Assembly (NCBI GenBank): GCA_963677925.2
Contig: CAXXYH010000004.1
Coordinates: forward strand, 2,368,001 to 2,432,000
From: Spirochaetia bacterium
Lineage (GTDB): Bacteria > Spirochaetota > Spirochaetia > UBA9216
Length of the DNA stretch: 64,000 nucleotides
Reading direction: 5' to 3'
Shown here: piece after piece, positions 19,392 through 29,096 of the stretch
Numbering within the stretch: position 1 is the first letter of the stretch
Layout of the letters: each line of letters starts with the position of its first letter
Made by a program: the position numbers and the translations under genes
The notes under the pieces: generated by a model
Told to the model about the DNA's origin: nothing
Database searches by the model: none
The model's input: the letters and a program-made list of their open reading frames with translations, nothing else

Positions 19392-21257
19392 ATGCATCTG
19401 TTGTCAGCCGAAAATTTAAGTATAAACCGGGGTGGCAGACTTCTTCTTGAGTCTGCCGGCTTCGGTATGGAATCAGAGGACAAGATAGGTTTGATTGCTC
19501 CCAACGGAGCCGGAAAAACCAGCCTGTTAAACTGCCTTTCCGGAAAACTTGCCCCAACCGAAGGAAGTATTCATTACCGGAAAAACCTGAAAATATCCGT
19601 TCTCTCTCAGCGTGTTGAGCATAATGACACCGACACTGTTTTTGATTACATCTATAATACTGATAATCCGCGTATGAATCTGCTTCGTGCGTATGAAAAA
19701 TCGCTTGATATGAAAGATGTGAACCTCTACCAGGAACTGCTTCACAGGATGGATGAAGAGGATCTCTGGAGTATAGAAAGCAAAGTCAATACGATTCTTA
19801 AGATGCTGGGAATAACTGACGGAAATCTTCTGCTTAAAAATATGTCCGGAGGAATGAAACGCCGGGCAGCACTCGCGGCTGCTTTAGCAGCAGAGGCTGA
19901 CATTCTTTTTCTCGATGAACCTACAAACCACCTTGACCTTGAAACGGTTGTCTGGCTGCAGGAATATCTTCAGAACCTTGATTCCGCAGTATTTTTGATA
20001 ACCCATGACCGCTACTTTCTTGAAGAAGTATGCTCCCAAATATGGGAGATAGAATCTGCCGAACTTTACAGATACCCGGGGAATTATTCCGCATATATCA
20101 AGGGCCGGATGGAAAGGCTTGCTGCAAGGCAGCGGGAACAGCAGAGGCTTTCCTCAATTCTGAGGCGTGAGGAGGCCTGGCTCAGGCAGGGACCTAAAGC
20201 CCGCAGCAGCCGTGACAAGAAACGACTTGAAAAACTCTATGATCTAAGGGAGCGGATTACTGCTGAAGATAACAGGAGTATTGAGTTTGCCACACAGGAT
20301 ACCAGGCTCGGAAAGAAAATTCTGAAAATGTCCGGTATTTCTAAGAGCTATAGAGATAGAACTATTGTTTCGGATTTTACATATGAGTTCAATGCCGGAC
20401 AGCGAATAGGCCTTGTCGGTTCAAACGGCTCGGGAAAGACGACTCTGATGAACCTAATTGCAGGTGTAATTGAACCCGAAAGCGGAGAAGTTAATCCCGG
20501 TATAAATACTGTGTTCGGATATTTCAGTCAGACCTTTTCTGCTCATAAACCGGAAATGACTGTTCTGGATTACCTCGAAAAGATTGGGGATACTTACAAT
20601 ATGCCGGACGGAAGCTCCCTGACTCCTGAAACCCTGCTGGATCGGTTTCTTTTTCCGAGGGAACTACACCGGGTGCCGCTGGAACAGATTTCCGGAGGAG
20701 AACTCAGACGCCTCTATTTTGTCAGTATCCTTCTTACTTCACCGAATTTTCTGTTACTTGATGAACCTACAAATGATCTTGATATAACAACCCTTCAGGT
20801 TCTGGAAGATTTTCTTGAATCTTTTAAAGGATGCGTTATCACCGTTTCTCACGACCGGGCTTTTCTTGATCGGGTTTCCAACATTCTTTTTGTCCTGGAC
20901 GGTACCGGCAGTGTTCTCTCTTTCGGCGGCAGCTGCAGTGATTATCTGGAGCTGAAGAAAGAACAGGATGCCGCAGTTAAAGAAGAGGCCAGACAGCAGA
21001 AGATTGCATCAGCAGCTGTTCAGACCAGACGCCGTGAAGAGAAACCAAAACTGACCTTTAATGAAAAACGAAGTCTGGAGGCTCTTGAGGCTGAGCTTCC
21101 GCAGCTTGAAACCGAGAAATCTGAGCTTGAAGACTACTTTTCTACCGCATTTGCCGGTTCTGAAGAATACAAGCTGAAACATCAGCGGTATGAAAAAATT
21201 CTCAAAGAAATTGATGAAAAATTTGAACTTTGGGCTGAATTAAGTGAGAAGTTATAG
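19392..21257 (+). CDS. ABC-F family ATPase (Uup-like)
   Basis: Two NBDs (NGAGKT/MSGG/LDEPTNHLD and GSNGSGKT/ISGGE/LDEPTNDLD), QGPKAR linker and Uup-type C-terminal coiled coil. Confidence 0.92.
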   Translation: MHLLSAENLSINRGGRLLLESAGFGMESEDKIGLIAPNGAGKTSLLNCLSGKLAPTEGSIHYRKNLKISVLSQRVEHNDTDTVFDYIYNTDNPRMNLLRAYEKSLDMKDVNLYQELLHRMDEEDLWSIESKVNTILKMLGITDGNLLLKNMSGGMKRRAALAAALAAEADILFLDEPTNHLDLETVVWLQEYLQNLDSAVFLITHDRYFLEEVCSQIWEIESAELYRYPGNYSAYIKGRMERLAARQREQQRLSSILRREEAWLRQGPKARSSRDKKRLEKLYDLRERITAEDNRSIEFATQDTRLGKKILKMSGISKSYRDRTIVSDFTYEFNAGQRIGLVGSNGSGKTTLMNLIAGVIEPESGEVNPGINTVFGYFSQTFSAHKPEMTVLDYLEKIGDTYNMPDGSSLTPETLLDRFLFPRELHRVPLEQISGGELRRLYFVSILLTSPNFLLLDEPTNDLDITTLQVLEDFLESFKGCVITVSHDRAFLDRVSNILFVLDGTGSVLSFGGSCSDYLELKKEQDAAVKEEARQQKIASAAVQTRRREEKPKLTFNEKRSLEALEAELPQLETEKSELEDYFSTAFAGSEEYKLKHQRYEKILKEIDEKFELWAELSEKL

Positions 21258-21501
21258 AGACAATTTCAAAACCCATAAAAATTAAAAATTTCTATATAGA
21301 GAAATCGTTTCATAAAAAATTCTGATTAAAAAGATAAGATAAATAATTATTTACATATTGATCTTTTCCCATACAGGTTATATTGTATCAGGTGAAATAA
21401 TTATATTAATAACGATTTAATTTGATTATCTGATTAAATCTATTATAATTTAAACCAACTCAGATTAAATAAAGCTAACATATTCATATACAGGGGAAAA
21501 A

Positions 21502-23661
21502 ATGAGTACTAAGAAAATTGTAATTCTTGGCGGCGGCTATGCAGGAATTGAAGCTGCAAAGATTTTGTGCAAAAGATACAGAAAGGATGAATCTGTTGAT
21601 ATTACCCTAATTGACAGGAATACCTACCATACCCTTATGACTGAGCTTCATGAGGTTGCAGGTTCAAGGGTTGAGCCGGATTCAGTACAGGTCAGCTACC
21701 AGAGAATCTTCTCTGGGACATGTCTTAATATTGTAAATGACTTTATAACCGGAATTGATTTCGAGAAAAGGATTATACAGTCGGAGCTTCATGAATATGC
21801 TTATGACTATCTTGTTCTTGGAACAGGCGGTGCTCCGGAATTTTTTGACACTCCCGGTGTTCAGGAGAATTCATACTCTCTGTGGTCTCTTGAAGACGCA
21901 ATGAGAATCAGGGAACATTTCGAAGAACGCTTCAGACTTGCGGCAAAGGAACCAAATCCGAAGGTAAGAAACAGAATGCTTACCTTTGTAGTTGCAGGAG
22001 CCGGTTTTACAGGAATTGAGCTGATTGGTGAGTTCCTTGAAAGACGGGATGTTCTGTGTGCTAAATATCATATAGATACTGATGATGTTAATATGATTGT
22101 TGTTGAGGCAATGGATACAGTTCTGCCGATTATAGAAGAAAACCTCAGAAAGAAATCTGTTAAATATCTCAACAAAAAAGGCTGTAAGGTTATACTGGGC
22201 GCCAGGATTACCGGTGCTGCAGAAGGCAAGGTAATGCTTGCAGACGGTTCTGAAATTGAAACCGACACACTTGTATGGACCTGTGGTATTCACGGTTCAG
22301 AGTTCACTTCAAGGATTAACCTCACCAAGGGACATACTTCACGCGGTCAGTGCAGTTTTGCATCGGCTGACGGAATTCACGGAATGCTCGGATGCCGCTT
22401 TGATGAGAATGAACGTTATGTTGTAGGTCAGAGAGGAAGAATACTTGTTGATGACTATATGAGGTCTGTAGATCACAACGAAGTTTATGCAGTCGGCGAC
22501 AATATGTGGTTTCTTGAAAATGAAAAAGTTCTGCCTCAGATTGTAGAAACTGCTATTCAGACCGGTGAGGTTGCCGCAAAGAATATCATTGCTGATATCG
22601 ACAGTACTGAAAAACACAAATTCAAATCAAATTATCATGGTTTTATGGTTTCAATAGGCGGACGTTATGCAGTGTCCAATGCCGGAGGCATGAAAGTTTC
22701 CGGTTTCATGGCAATGGCAATGAAGCATGTTGTAAACCTCCATTACCTATTCGGCATAGCCGGAATAAATGCTGTATGGGGCTACCTGAAGCACGAGTTC
22801 TTCGATATGAAAGACAGAAGAACATTCGTCGGCGAACATCTTTCCTGGAAACTTCAGGGTTGGTGGGGTGTACCGCTCAGAATGTGGCTTGGTGTTATGT
22901 GGATTGCAGAAAGCCTTAATAAAATTGGCGAGGGCTGGCTTAATTTTGCTTCAGGCACAAAGTCAGGCTGGATGTTCAGTCCCGGAGTTGTTCAGAAAGG
23001 CGTAGAAGTTGCCAGTGATGCTGTAAGTGCTGCATCAGAGGGCGGAGAGGCCGCTGAGGGCTGGGTTGAAACTGCTGCTCCTGCTGTTGCAGATACAGTG
23101 AGCGCCGCCAGTGATGCTGCAGGTGATGCCGCTCAGACTGTTGTCCAGGCTGCCGCTGATACTGTAAGTGCAGCAAGTGATGCAGTAGCAGGTGCTGCCG
23201 GTGATGCTGCAAATGCTGTTGCTGATACCGCAGCTCAGGTTTTTGGAAAGATCTGGGAAACCGGTAATCCGATAATCCCGTACAACTCAGGATTTGTAAC
23301 CTGGTTCAGGGAAACCTTCATGGACAGTATTATGGCATATATCAGCTATCCAATATTCCAGACTATGATTGTCCTTGTTGAGCTTTTCATCGGACTTGCG
23401 CTTCTCGGTGGACTTTTTACCTGGCTTGCTGCCGCTGCATCAATTGTAATGTGTCTTGTTTTCACATTCTCGGGAATGTTCTCATGGGATCAGGCCTGGT
23501 TTGTATTTGCCGGATTCCTTATGCTTGCCGGAGCAGGACGTGCTGTAGGTCTTGACCACTGGGTTATGCCTGCAATCAAGAAATGGTGGAACAGTACAGC
23601 TTTTGCAAGACGTACTCATCTTTTTGTCGGTGAACCTGTTCTTAAGAGAAAAAAGAAATAG
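21502..23661 (+). CDS. Type II NADH dehydrogenase (FLEET Ndh2-like) fused to a DoxX/DoxD-like membrane domain
   Basis: GGGYAG and GAGFTG Rossmann motifs; TELHEVAG.RVEP N-terminus as in Firmicutes EET Ndh2; C-terminal LRMWLG..W, E..IG.AL..GLFT and AGR..GLD.W motifs. Confidence 0.85.
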   Translation: MSTKKIVILGGGYAGIEAAKILCKRYRKDESVDITLIDRNTYHTLMTELHEVAGSRVEPDSVQVSYQRIFSGTCLNIVNDFITGIDFEKRIIQSELHEYAYDYLVLGTGGAPEFFDTPGVQENSYSLWSLEDAMRIREHFEERFRLAAKEPNPKVRNRMLTFVVAGAGFTGIELIGEFLERRDVLCAKYHIDTDDVNMIVVEAMDTVLPIIEENLRKKSVKYLNKKGCKVILGARITGAAEGKVMLADGSEIETDTLVWTCGIHGSEFTSRINLTKGHTSRGQCSFASADGIHGMLGCRFDENERYVVGQRGRILVDDYMRSVDHNEVYAVGDNMWFLENEKVLPQIVETAIQTGEVAAKNIIADIDSTEKHKFKSNYHGFMVSIGGRYAVSNAGGMKVSGFMAMAMKHVVNLHYLFGIAGINAVWGYLKHEFFDMKDRRTFVGEHLSWKLQGWWGVPLRMWLGVMWIAESLNKIGEGWLNFASGTKSGWMFSPGVVQKGVEVASDAVSAASEGGEAAEGWVETAAPAVADTVSAASDAAGDAAQTVVQAAADTVSAASDAVAGAAGDAANAVADTAAQVFGKIWETGNPIIPYNSGFVTWFRETFMDSIMAYISYPIFQTMIVLVELFIGLALLGGLFTWLAAAASIVMCLVFTFSGMFSWDQAWFVFAGFLMLAGAGRAVGLDHWVMPAIKKWWNSTAFARRTHLFVGEPVLKRKKK
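23017..23199 (+). repeat. Ala-rich D[AT]VSAAS peptide repeats inside Ndh2
   Basis: DAVSAAS (23017), DTVSAAS (23092), DTVSAAS (23158) and DAVAGAA (23179). Confidence 0.8.
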
Positions 23662-23679
23662 GATACCACAGAGAGATTT

Positions 23680-24654
23680 ATGACTTATATTTCTGACTCC
23701 ATAGGGGACAGTCAGCTTTCAGAAGACCTCCGGTCAGTAAGGGCGGTGATTAATGGTTATATTCAGAATACACCTGAAATGATCCGCTCTGCTGTTGAAA
23801 GGCTTCTGGCAGACGGCGGGAAGATGCTTCGACCCGCCATGGTTGTACTGGCCGGACGGTATGGAGATTTTGACGGCAATAGAATTTACTCACTGGCTGC
23901 CGCAGTTGAAATGCTGCACAATGCAACTCTTGTTCATGACGACATCATAGATGAAGCTGAAACACGACGGGGCAAACCTGCCATGCATACAATTCACGGA
24001 AGCAAGCTGGCAATCCTGCTGGGTGATTACATGTTTTCAGGATGTTTTGTTATGGCATCCAGAAACTCAAGGATTGATCAGTACGATAAACTTGCCAAGG
24101 CTGTAGCCAGAGTCTGTGAAGGTGAAATCCTGCAGGATACTGAAAAATTTATTTTTAATCCCAGTATTAGAAAGTATAAAAGACGGATTGCAAGTAAAAC
24201 TGCGGTGCTTTTCTCACTCAGTCTTTATCTGGGAGCAAAGGAAGCCGGATGTTCCGAGGATATCTGCAACATATTTGTTAGAATAGGCTACAATATCGGT
24301 ATGGCCTTTCAGATTATCGATGATATTCTTGATTTTAACGGCAGGACTGATAAGGTAGGTAAACCTGTAACAGGGCATGATATGCAGGAGGGGATTTTTA
24401 CTCTTCCGGCAATATTTGCAATGCAGTCAGATAACGGAGAGCTGGCAAAGCTTTTCAATGAACCGCCTTACAGCCCCGAATCAATAGCTCAGGCTTTAAC
24501 CCTTATCAATAAATCAGGCGCAATTGAAAAAGCCAAGGCTGTTGCAGAACTGTATTCCCAGCGTGCCCGCCGTGAAATTGCGCGATTGGAACCGGGATAT
24601 ACATCGCAGCAGCTTGAAAAAATTACCGGACAGCTTCTTTCCCGGAATTTCTAA
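23680..24654 (+). CDS. Long-chain polyprenyl diphosphate synthase (DmkB/HepT-like)
   Basis: GGKMLRP, FARM HDDIID...RRG, KTA and SARM QIIDDILD motifs. Confidence 0.92.
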   Translation: MTYISDSIGDSQLSEDLRSVRAVINGYIQNTPEMIRSAVERLLADGGKMLRPAMVVLAGRYGDFDGNRIYSLAAAVEMLHNATLVHDDIIDEAETRRGKPAMHTIHGSKLAILLGDYMFSGCFVMASRNSRIDQYDKLAKAVARVCEGEILQDTEKFIFNPSIRKYKRRIASKTAVLFSLSLYLGAKEAGCSEDICNIFVRIGYNIGMAFQIIDDILDFNGRTDKVGKPVTGHDMQEGIFTLPAIFAMQSDNGELAKLFNEPPYSPESIAQALTLINKSGAIEKAKAVAELYSQRARREIARLEPGYTSQQLEKITGQLLSRNF

Positions 24655-24657
24655 TCT

Positions 24658-25554
24658 TTATAAAAAATCGGGAATACCTTCAAGGTATTCCTTTATTTCA
24701 TACTCAATAAAATCAGGAGTCGATGCTGAAGATACGATGAGAGCCTTGTTTATGTCTGTAAGGTTAATATTTCTGCTTTTGAGATCTTCAAGATTCTGTA
24801 TAAAGTATGTATGCTCATCAGCTTCGTACAGCAGGTGAAAAAGCTTGCTTGCATTTGATGAAAGTTTATCACCTATAACAAAACTTATATCTGCCTGTTT
24901 TTGAAGTTCCAGGGCTTCCTCTTCCTTTTTTCGTGTTACCGGGCAAATACTGTCAAAGACAGTAACGTTAGTTTCAGGCCAGTGCTCTTTTACTGCGCTG
25001 CAGGTGGAATCAAACAGAACACGGCTCCCTGTAGTCTGAGAGGTAATAAAAAAACTTTCCGGGTGAATGTCTACACTACGGCTTCTGCTGAACTCCGGAT
25101 TTTTTATAAAAGCTTCAAGATCCTCTGAAGTTTCGATGACAGTAAAGTTCTCTGCATAACTCTGAAGCCCAAGGACTTCAGGATGGGTTTTCTTGCCTGT
25201 TATGATAACAGAAGAACCGCCGGCTGATGCTTCGGCTATTTTTTTCTGAACTTTTTTAACATTTATACAGGTCAGATCTATAAGATGGTGAGTCTCTGAA
25301 AGTTCCTTTTCAAGTGTCCTGTCGATCCCGTGTGTTCTAACTGCAATTACAGCCTTATCGGGGATATCTTCAGGTTTATCCATTGTTTTAATTCCTTTTG
25401 TATTAAGAAATTCAACATGGCTTCGATTGTTAATCATCATACCCAGAACGCATAGATCCTGTGATTCAAGTTCATCTTTTGTTTTAAGGATGTTCTTCTC
25501 AGCATTTTTTACACCGGGGCAGAACCCGGACAGCTTCGGTATAAGTACAGTCAT
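24658..25554 (-). CDS. ispH: 4-hydroxy-3-methylbut-2-enyl diphosphate reductase
   Basis: GFCPGV, RTHG, DLTC, HPEV, SQTT, SIC, SSN and SASTP motifs; start reassigned to ATG 25554 (TTGACT-17-TATAGT 6 nt upstream). Confidence 0.85.
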   Translation of the reverse strand: MTVLIPKLSGFCPGVKNAEKNILKTKDELESQDLCVLGMMINNRSHVEFLNTKGIKTMDKPEDIPDKAVIAVRTHGIDRTLEKELSETHHLIDLTCINVKKVQKKIAEASAGGSSVIITGKKTHPEVLGLQSYAENFTVIETSEDLEAFIKNPEFSRSRSVDIHPESFFITSQTTGSRVLFDSTCSAVKEHWPETNVTVFDSICPVTRKKEEEALELQKQADISFVIGDKLSSNASKLFHLLYEADEHTYFIQNLEDLKSRNINLTDINKALIVSSASTPDFIEYEIKEYLEGIPDFL

Positions 25555-25629
25555 AACAAAACTATATTTAAAACAGGCACTGGAGTCAATTATGAGAAAA
25601 ACGCTATAATTACTGCGGAGGAACTGATT

Positions 25630-26340
25630 TTGAAGGGGAACAGGACTATCGCAAAACTTCTTTTTATTCAGCCTCAATCCATAAAGAAGAATCCTGATTT
25701 TCAGCTGCTGGTCAAGATACTCAATGATTCTGCAAAACTTCGAAAAGTTATACTTCCGCCCAAGGCCTGGAAACTGGTGAATGAGCCGCGGCTTGAAATC
25801 AAGTACCTCGATAATTTTATCAGGACGTATTATCTTCCGGAAAAAGAGTTTTTTAAGCTTTTTTTAGAACTGAAATGGAATTATCAAGCTCAGCGGAATA
25901 AAAAATACCTACACAGGCAGCAGAGAATAAGTAAATCCGCAGATGCATGGCCTGAAAGTATAAAAAGACTTGTTTTTAAGCTGCTATACGCGGAAAGAAA
26001 ATGTAATGATGATATACCTGTGTATAAAAGAGTACTTTATCCGGCAAGCCTGAAACGTGCAGAAGAACTATCCGGATTCTCAGCCGAAAAGTGGGCTGAA
26101 ATTATTTTGAAATATTATGACAGCCTTAAAACTCATTACCGAACCATTAAACTGCCTGATAGAGCAGCCTTAATGACCTTTCTGCAGGACCTCGAGTCAG
26201 TTAAACGAAATGCTGCTCAACAAAATAATGCCGGACATAGAAGAGAATACCGGAAACTTCTTAAAAAATATCATCCTGATCTTGGCGGTGATGCGAAAAT
26301 ATTTATAGCCGTTAAAAAGCGATACGATGAATTAAAATAG
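25630..26340 (+). CDS. Hypothetical basic protein with C-terminal J-domain-like segment
   Basis: C-terminus YRKLLKKYHPDLGGD...KKRYDEL; start codon uncertain. Confidence 0.65.
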   Translation: MKGNRTIAKLLFIQPQSIKKNPDFQLLVKILNDSAKLRKVILPPKAWKLVNEPRLEIKYLDNFIRTYYLPEKEFFKLFLELKWNYQAQRNKKYLHRQQRISKSADAWPESIKRLVFKLLYAERKCNDDIPVYKRVLYPASLKRAEELSGFSAEKWAEIILKYYDSLKTHYRTIKLPDRAALMTFLQDLESVKRNAAQQNNAGHRREYRKLLKKYHPDLGGDAKIFIAVKKRYDELK

Positions 26341-26342
26341 AT

Positions 26343-26379
26343 ATTCTGATAACACGGATTTTAACTGTGCTATCAGAAT
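26343..26379. terminator. Hairpin between convergent genes (possible bidirectional terminator)
   Basis: ATTCTGATA ACACGG...CTGTGC TATCAGAAT inverted repeat. Confidence 0.5.
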
Positions 26380-26389
26380 GATTTTAAAA

Positions 26390-26686
26390 TTATTCGCCAT
26401 GATTGAAAAATCTTGATAGGTTGATCGAGACAAAAATAACACCGAGCATAAAAAGAATAAAATTCAAGTTTATGCCGATTTTAAGCTGATCGATGAAATT
26501 TATTAGAATAAAACCTATAAGAAAATTAATTAATCCCCAGATTACATTTGAAAGTGGGGATGATTTTCCTTTTCCCGGCGGTTTGGCAAAAGGACTGTGA
26601 AATTGTTTTCCGGAAATACCGTTAACAAAGTGAGGAATACCATTTGTGATAAAAATTCCGGCTAAAATCGAAAATACCTGATTCAT
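26390..26686 (-). CDS. Small three-TM membrane protein
   Basis: NGIPHFVNG...SPFAKPPGKGKSSP..NV.WG; AAGGAG SD upstream. Confidence 0.75.
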   Translation of the reverse strand: MNQVFSILAGIFITNGIPHFVNGISGKQFHSPFAKPPGKGKSSPLSNVIWGLINFLIGFILINFIDQLKIGINLNFILFMLGVIFVSINLSRFFNHGE

Positions 26687-26710
26687 ATTTACTCCTTGGA
26701 TTTTTGATTC

Positions 26711-28798
26711 TTATGTTTTAAATAATTCAGCATCTTTATTTATATTTCCAACACGCTCTGCATTGTCTTTTATAAGCATCTCTTCTTCCGAGACCGCCTT
26801 ATTTATCTCGTTAACACCCATTGTGATTTCATCAATGGCATGGCTTGTTGTTTTGCTGATATCCTGGAGGTGAGTAACAGATTCTATGATCTGTTCATTG
26901 CCAATCTTCATCTCTTTTGACCCAGAGTTGACTTCAGCTGAAATTTCCTGCATGCGGTTGAGGCCTTCAAGAACCTGATTGCTTCCGATGCTTAATTCCT
27001 GTACGGCGTTCTGAATATTGCTGAATATATTGCTGACCTTAATAACAGCGGTATTCATAGCATCGAAATCTTTTGTATTTTGCGAAGCTGATACGGTAAG
27101 TTCATCTATTGCCTTTTTGATACTTGTCAAATTTGAACTTACAACTTTGGATTGGCTGTCAGACTGTTCTGCAAGTTTTCTTATTTCTTCAGCTACAACG
27201 GAGAATCCCTTTCCTGCATCACCGGCATGAGCGGCTTCAATCGCAGCATTCATTGAAAGTAAATTTGTCTGACTGGACAGATTTGATATTAATTCATTTG
27301 CCTGCATTAGTTCATTGGACTCTTCAACAATCTTATGAATTACTTCCTGAACAATTTCCATGGTTTCCTGTCCCTTGGAGGATGCATATGTCATTTGCTT
27401 AACATTTTCGTTTCCGGTTTCAATAACCCCGGCAATGGAGTCTATTCCTGTAGTCATTTCTTCAATAGCGGACGAGGACTGAGTAATACTCGAGCTCTGC
27501 TCTATAATACTGTTGTTAAGATTGTTTATATTTTCAGTGAGCTGAGCAACAGAATGCACTGTCTGGCTTGTGATAGATGCCTGTTCATGCATCTGTTTAT
27601 TGATGCTTTGAAGATTACTGCTTATCTGATTAATAGATGCCGCAGTTTCCGTAATATTATGACTCATCTCTTCACTTGATGTATCAATATCACTTATCTG
27701 AGTTTTGAGTTTTCCCAGAAAGACTGAAAAATTTTCAAACATTGTATTCATGCTACGGTAAATGGAATCTAACTCATCCTTTCCCTTGGGCTTCACTCTG
27801 AGTCGTATATCTCCTGTTGAAGCAGTGAGCAGATGTTTTTCCAGTTCTGATACTCTTTTCGTAATGATATTCCTAATCATAATTGAAAGAAGGATAATCA
27901 GGATAACCATACTTGATGTGCTTATAATTGATATTATCATCTGAAGATACTGTGATGTATCCAGAAGATCGCTCTCGGAAATATTGGCAGCAATAAACCA
28001 TCCGCTTTCACCTGACTGATGAAAAGCCAGATATCTGTTAATTCCGTTTATCTGGTATCCAAAGAATCCTCTATCTTTCTTCTCATTCAGGATTGTTATT
28101 ATTGGTCCTGGCCTGCCGGAGTGATCAACTAACAGCTCATTTTTATCACCATAGGCCAGTACAATACCCTTTGATGTAAACATATACGGCTGTCCCATCT
28201 TTCCTAAATCTCTTTCCCATAAAACATGGGTGAGCAATTTTGTAAAATTCAACCTAATAATATAATATCCCAGCGTTTCTCCATTTTGTATTAAGGGTTT
28301 TCCAACTGTCGAAATAATATCACCGTTTTCAGAAGAAAGTGAGAAGGTTTCATCGAGATCGAAAGTACCAGAATTGGAAGACAGAGTCTTAAATATTTTT
28401 TCTTCACTTAAATCTTTTCCAATTGCAGCATTTGCAGTACTGGTTAATACGAGACCTTTGGTATCAATCAGAAGCATCTCATCACAAAATTCATGTGTTT
28501 TTTTTTCTTCATCTATATATTTTTTAACGGAGATAAAATCCTGATTAATAGTATAGCTGTAAAGTATATGACTGTCTGCTATCGCTTCAAGCTGCGCAAA
28601 CTGATAATCGATATGAATGTCTGTAATTAGTGATAAATCTTCAATCTGTTTTTCAAGCTGAGCTTTGCGGGTATCAAAAATCCGTTGATAAACAGTTCTT
28701 GAACTTATAAGTATTAAAACGGTAAAGCAGGTGATTAATAGTAGTGAAACTGAAATTATCAGTTTCAGGCCGATTCGGCTGCGAATTCTAAAATGCAT
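26711..28798 (-). CDS. Methyl-accepting chemotaxis protein (dCache-HAMP-MA)
   Basis: Two TM segments, periplasmic Cache-like domain, HAMP and [35 protein letters not shown]; ATG 28798 preferred because the upstream extension contains the promoter. Confidence 0.93.
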   Translation of the reverse strand: MHFRIRSRIGLKLIISVSLLLITCFTVLILISSRTVYQRIFDTRKAQLEKQIEDLSLITDIHIDYQFAQLEAIADSHILYSYTINQDFISVKKYIDEEKKTHEFCDEMLLIDTKGLVLTSTANAAIGKDLSEEKIFKTLSSNSGTFDLDETFSLSSENGDIISTVGKPLIQNGETLGYYIIRLNFTKLLTHVLWERDLGKMGQPYMFTSKGIVLAYGDKNELLVDHSGRPGPIITILNEKKDRGFFGYQINGINRYLAFHQSGESGWFIAANISESDLLDTSQYLQMIISIISTSSMVILIILLSIMIRNIITKRVSELEKHLLTASTGDIRLRVKPKGKDELDSIYRSMNTMFENFSVFLGKLKTQISDIDTSSEEMSHNITETAASINQISSNLQSINKQMHEQASITSQTVHSVAQLTENINNLNNSIIEQSSSITQSSSAIEEMTTGIDSIAGVIETGNENVKQMTYASSKGQETMEIVQEVIHKIVEESNELMQANELISNLSSQTNLLSMNAAIEAAHAGDAGKGFSVVAEEIRKLAEQSDSQSKVVSSNLTSIKKAIDELTVSASQNTKDFDAMNTAVIKVSNIFSNIQNAVQELSIGSNQVLEGLNRMQEISAEVNSGSKEMKIGNEQIIESVTHLQDISKTTSHAIDEITMGVNEINKAVSEEEMLIKDNAERVGNINKDAELFKT

Positions 28799-28834
28799 AT
28801 GTATTTTTTCCCTTATGTAAGTAGTAAAATGACT

Positions 28835-28850
28835 TGCAATAATTGTGCCA
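28835..28850 (-). promoter_or_regulatory. sigma54 (-24/-12) promoter of the MCP gene
   Basis: TGGCAC-AATTA-TTGCA, an exact match to TGGCAC-N5-TTGCW, 36 nt upstream of the ATG. Confidence 0.8.
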
Positions 28851-29096
28851 TTCATCTGATAATAATGTTCTTTTATTTTTACTTATAAATGTTTGGTATA
28901 TAACAAGTTATCTGAGAGCTTAAGGATATGAATTCCATTCAGGAGAATAAATAATTTTTGAACTGAATGACTGCATACAAAAAGATACAAAATGAAACAT
29001 AAGGAAACATCTGCAGAAACAGGGATGGGTGTTTCTTATAAAAGCCTACTGGAAACTTCCCCGAAAATTAATTATTTTTAATCAAAGGTAGGCAGC

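Noticed and set aside
21390-21470. Rex or FNR site upstream of ndh2
   Set aside because: Only a half-site (GTGAAATAA) and AT-rich inverted repeats (GATTTAAT-N11-ATTAAATC) are present, which could arise by chance in this very AT-rich stretch.
25555-25677. N-terminal extension of ispH overlapping the divergent gene
   Set aside because: IspH similarity starts at MTVLIPKLSGFC and a good promoter sits inside the extension.
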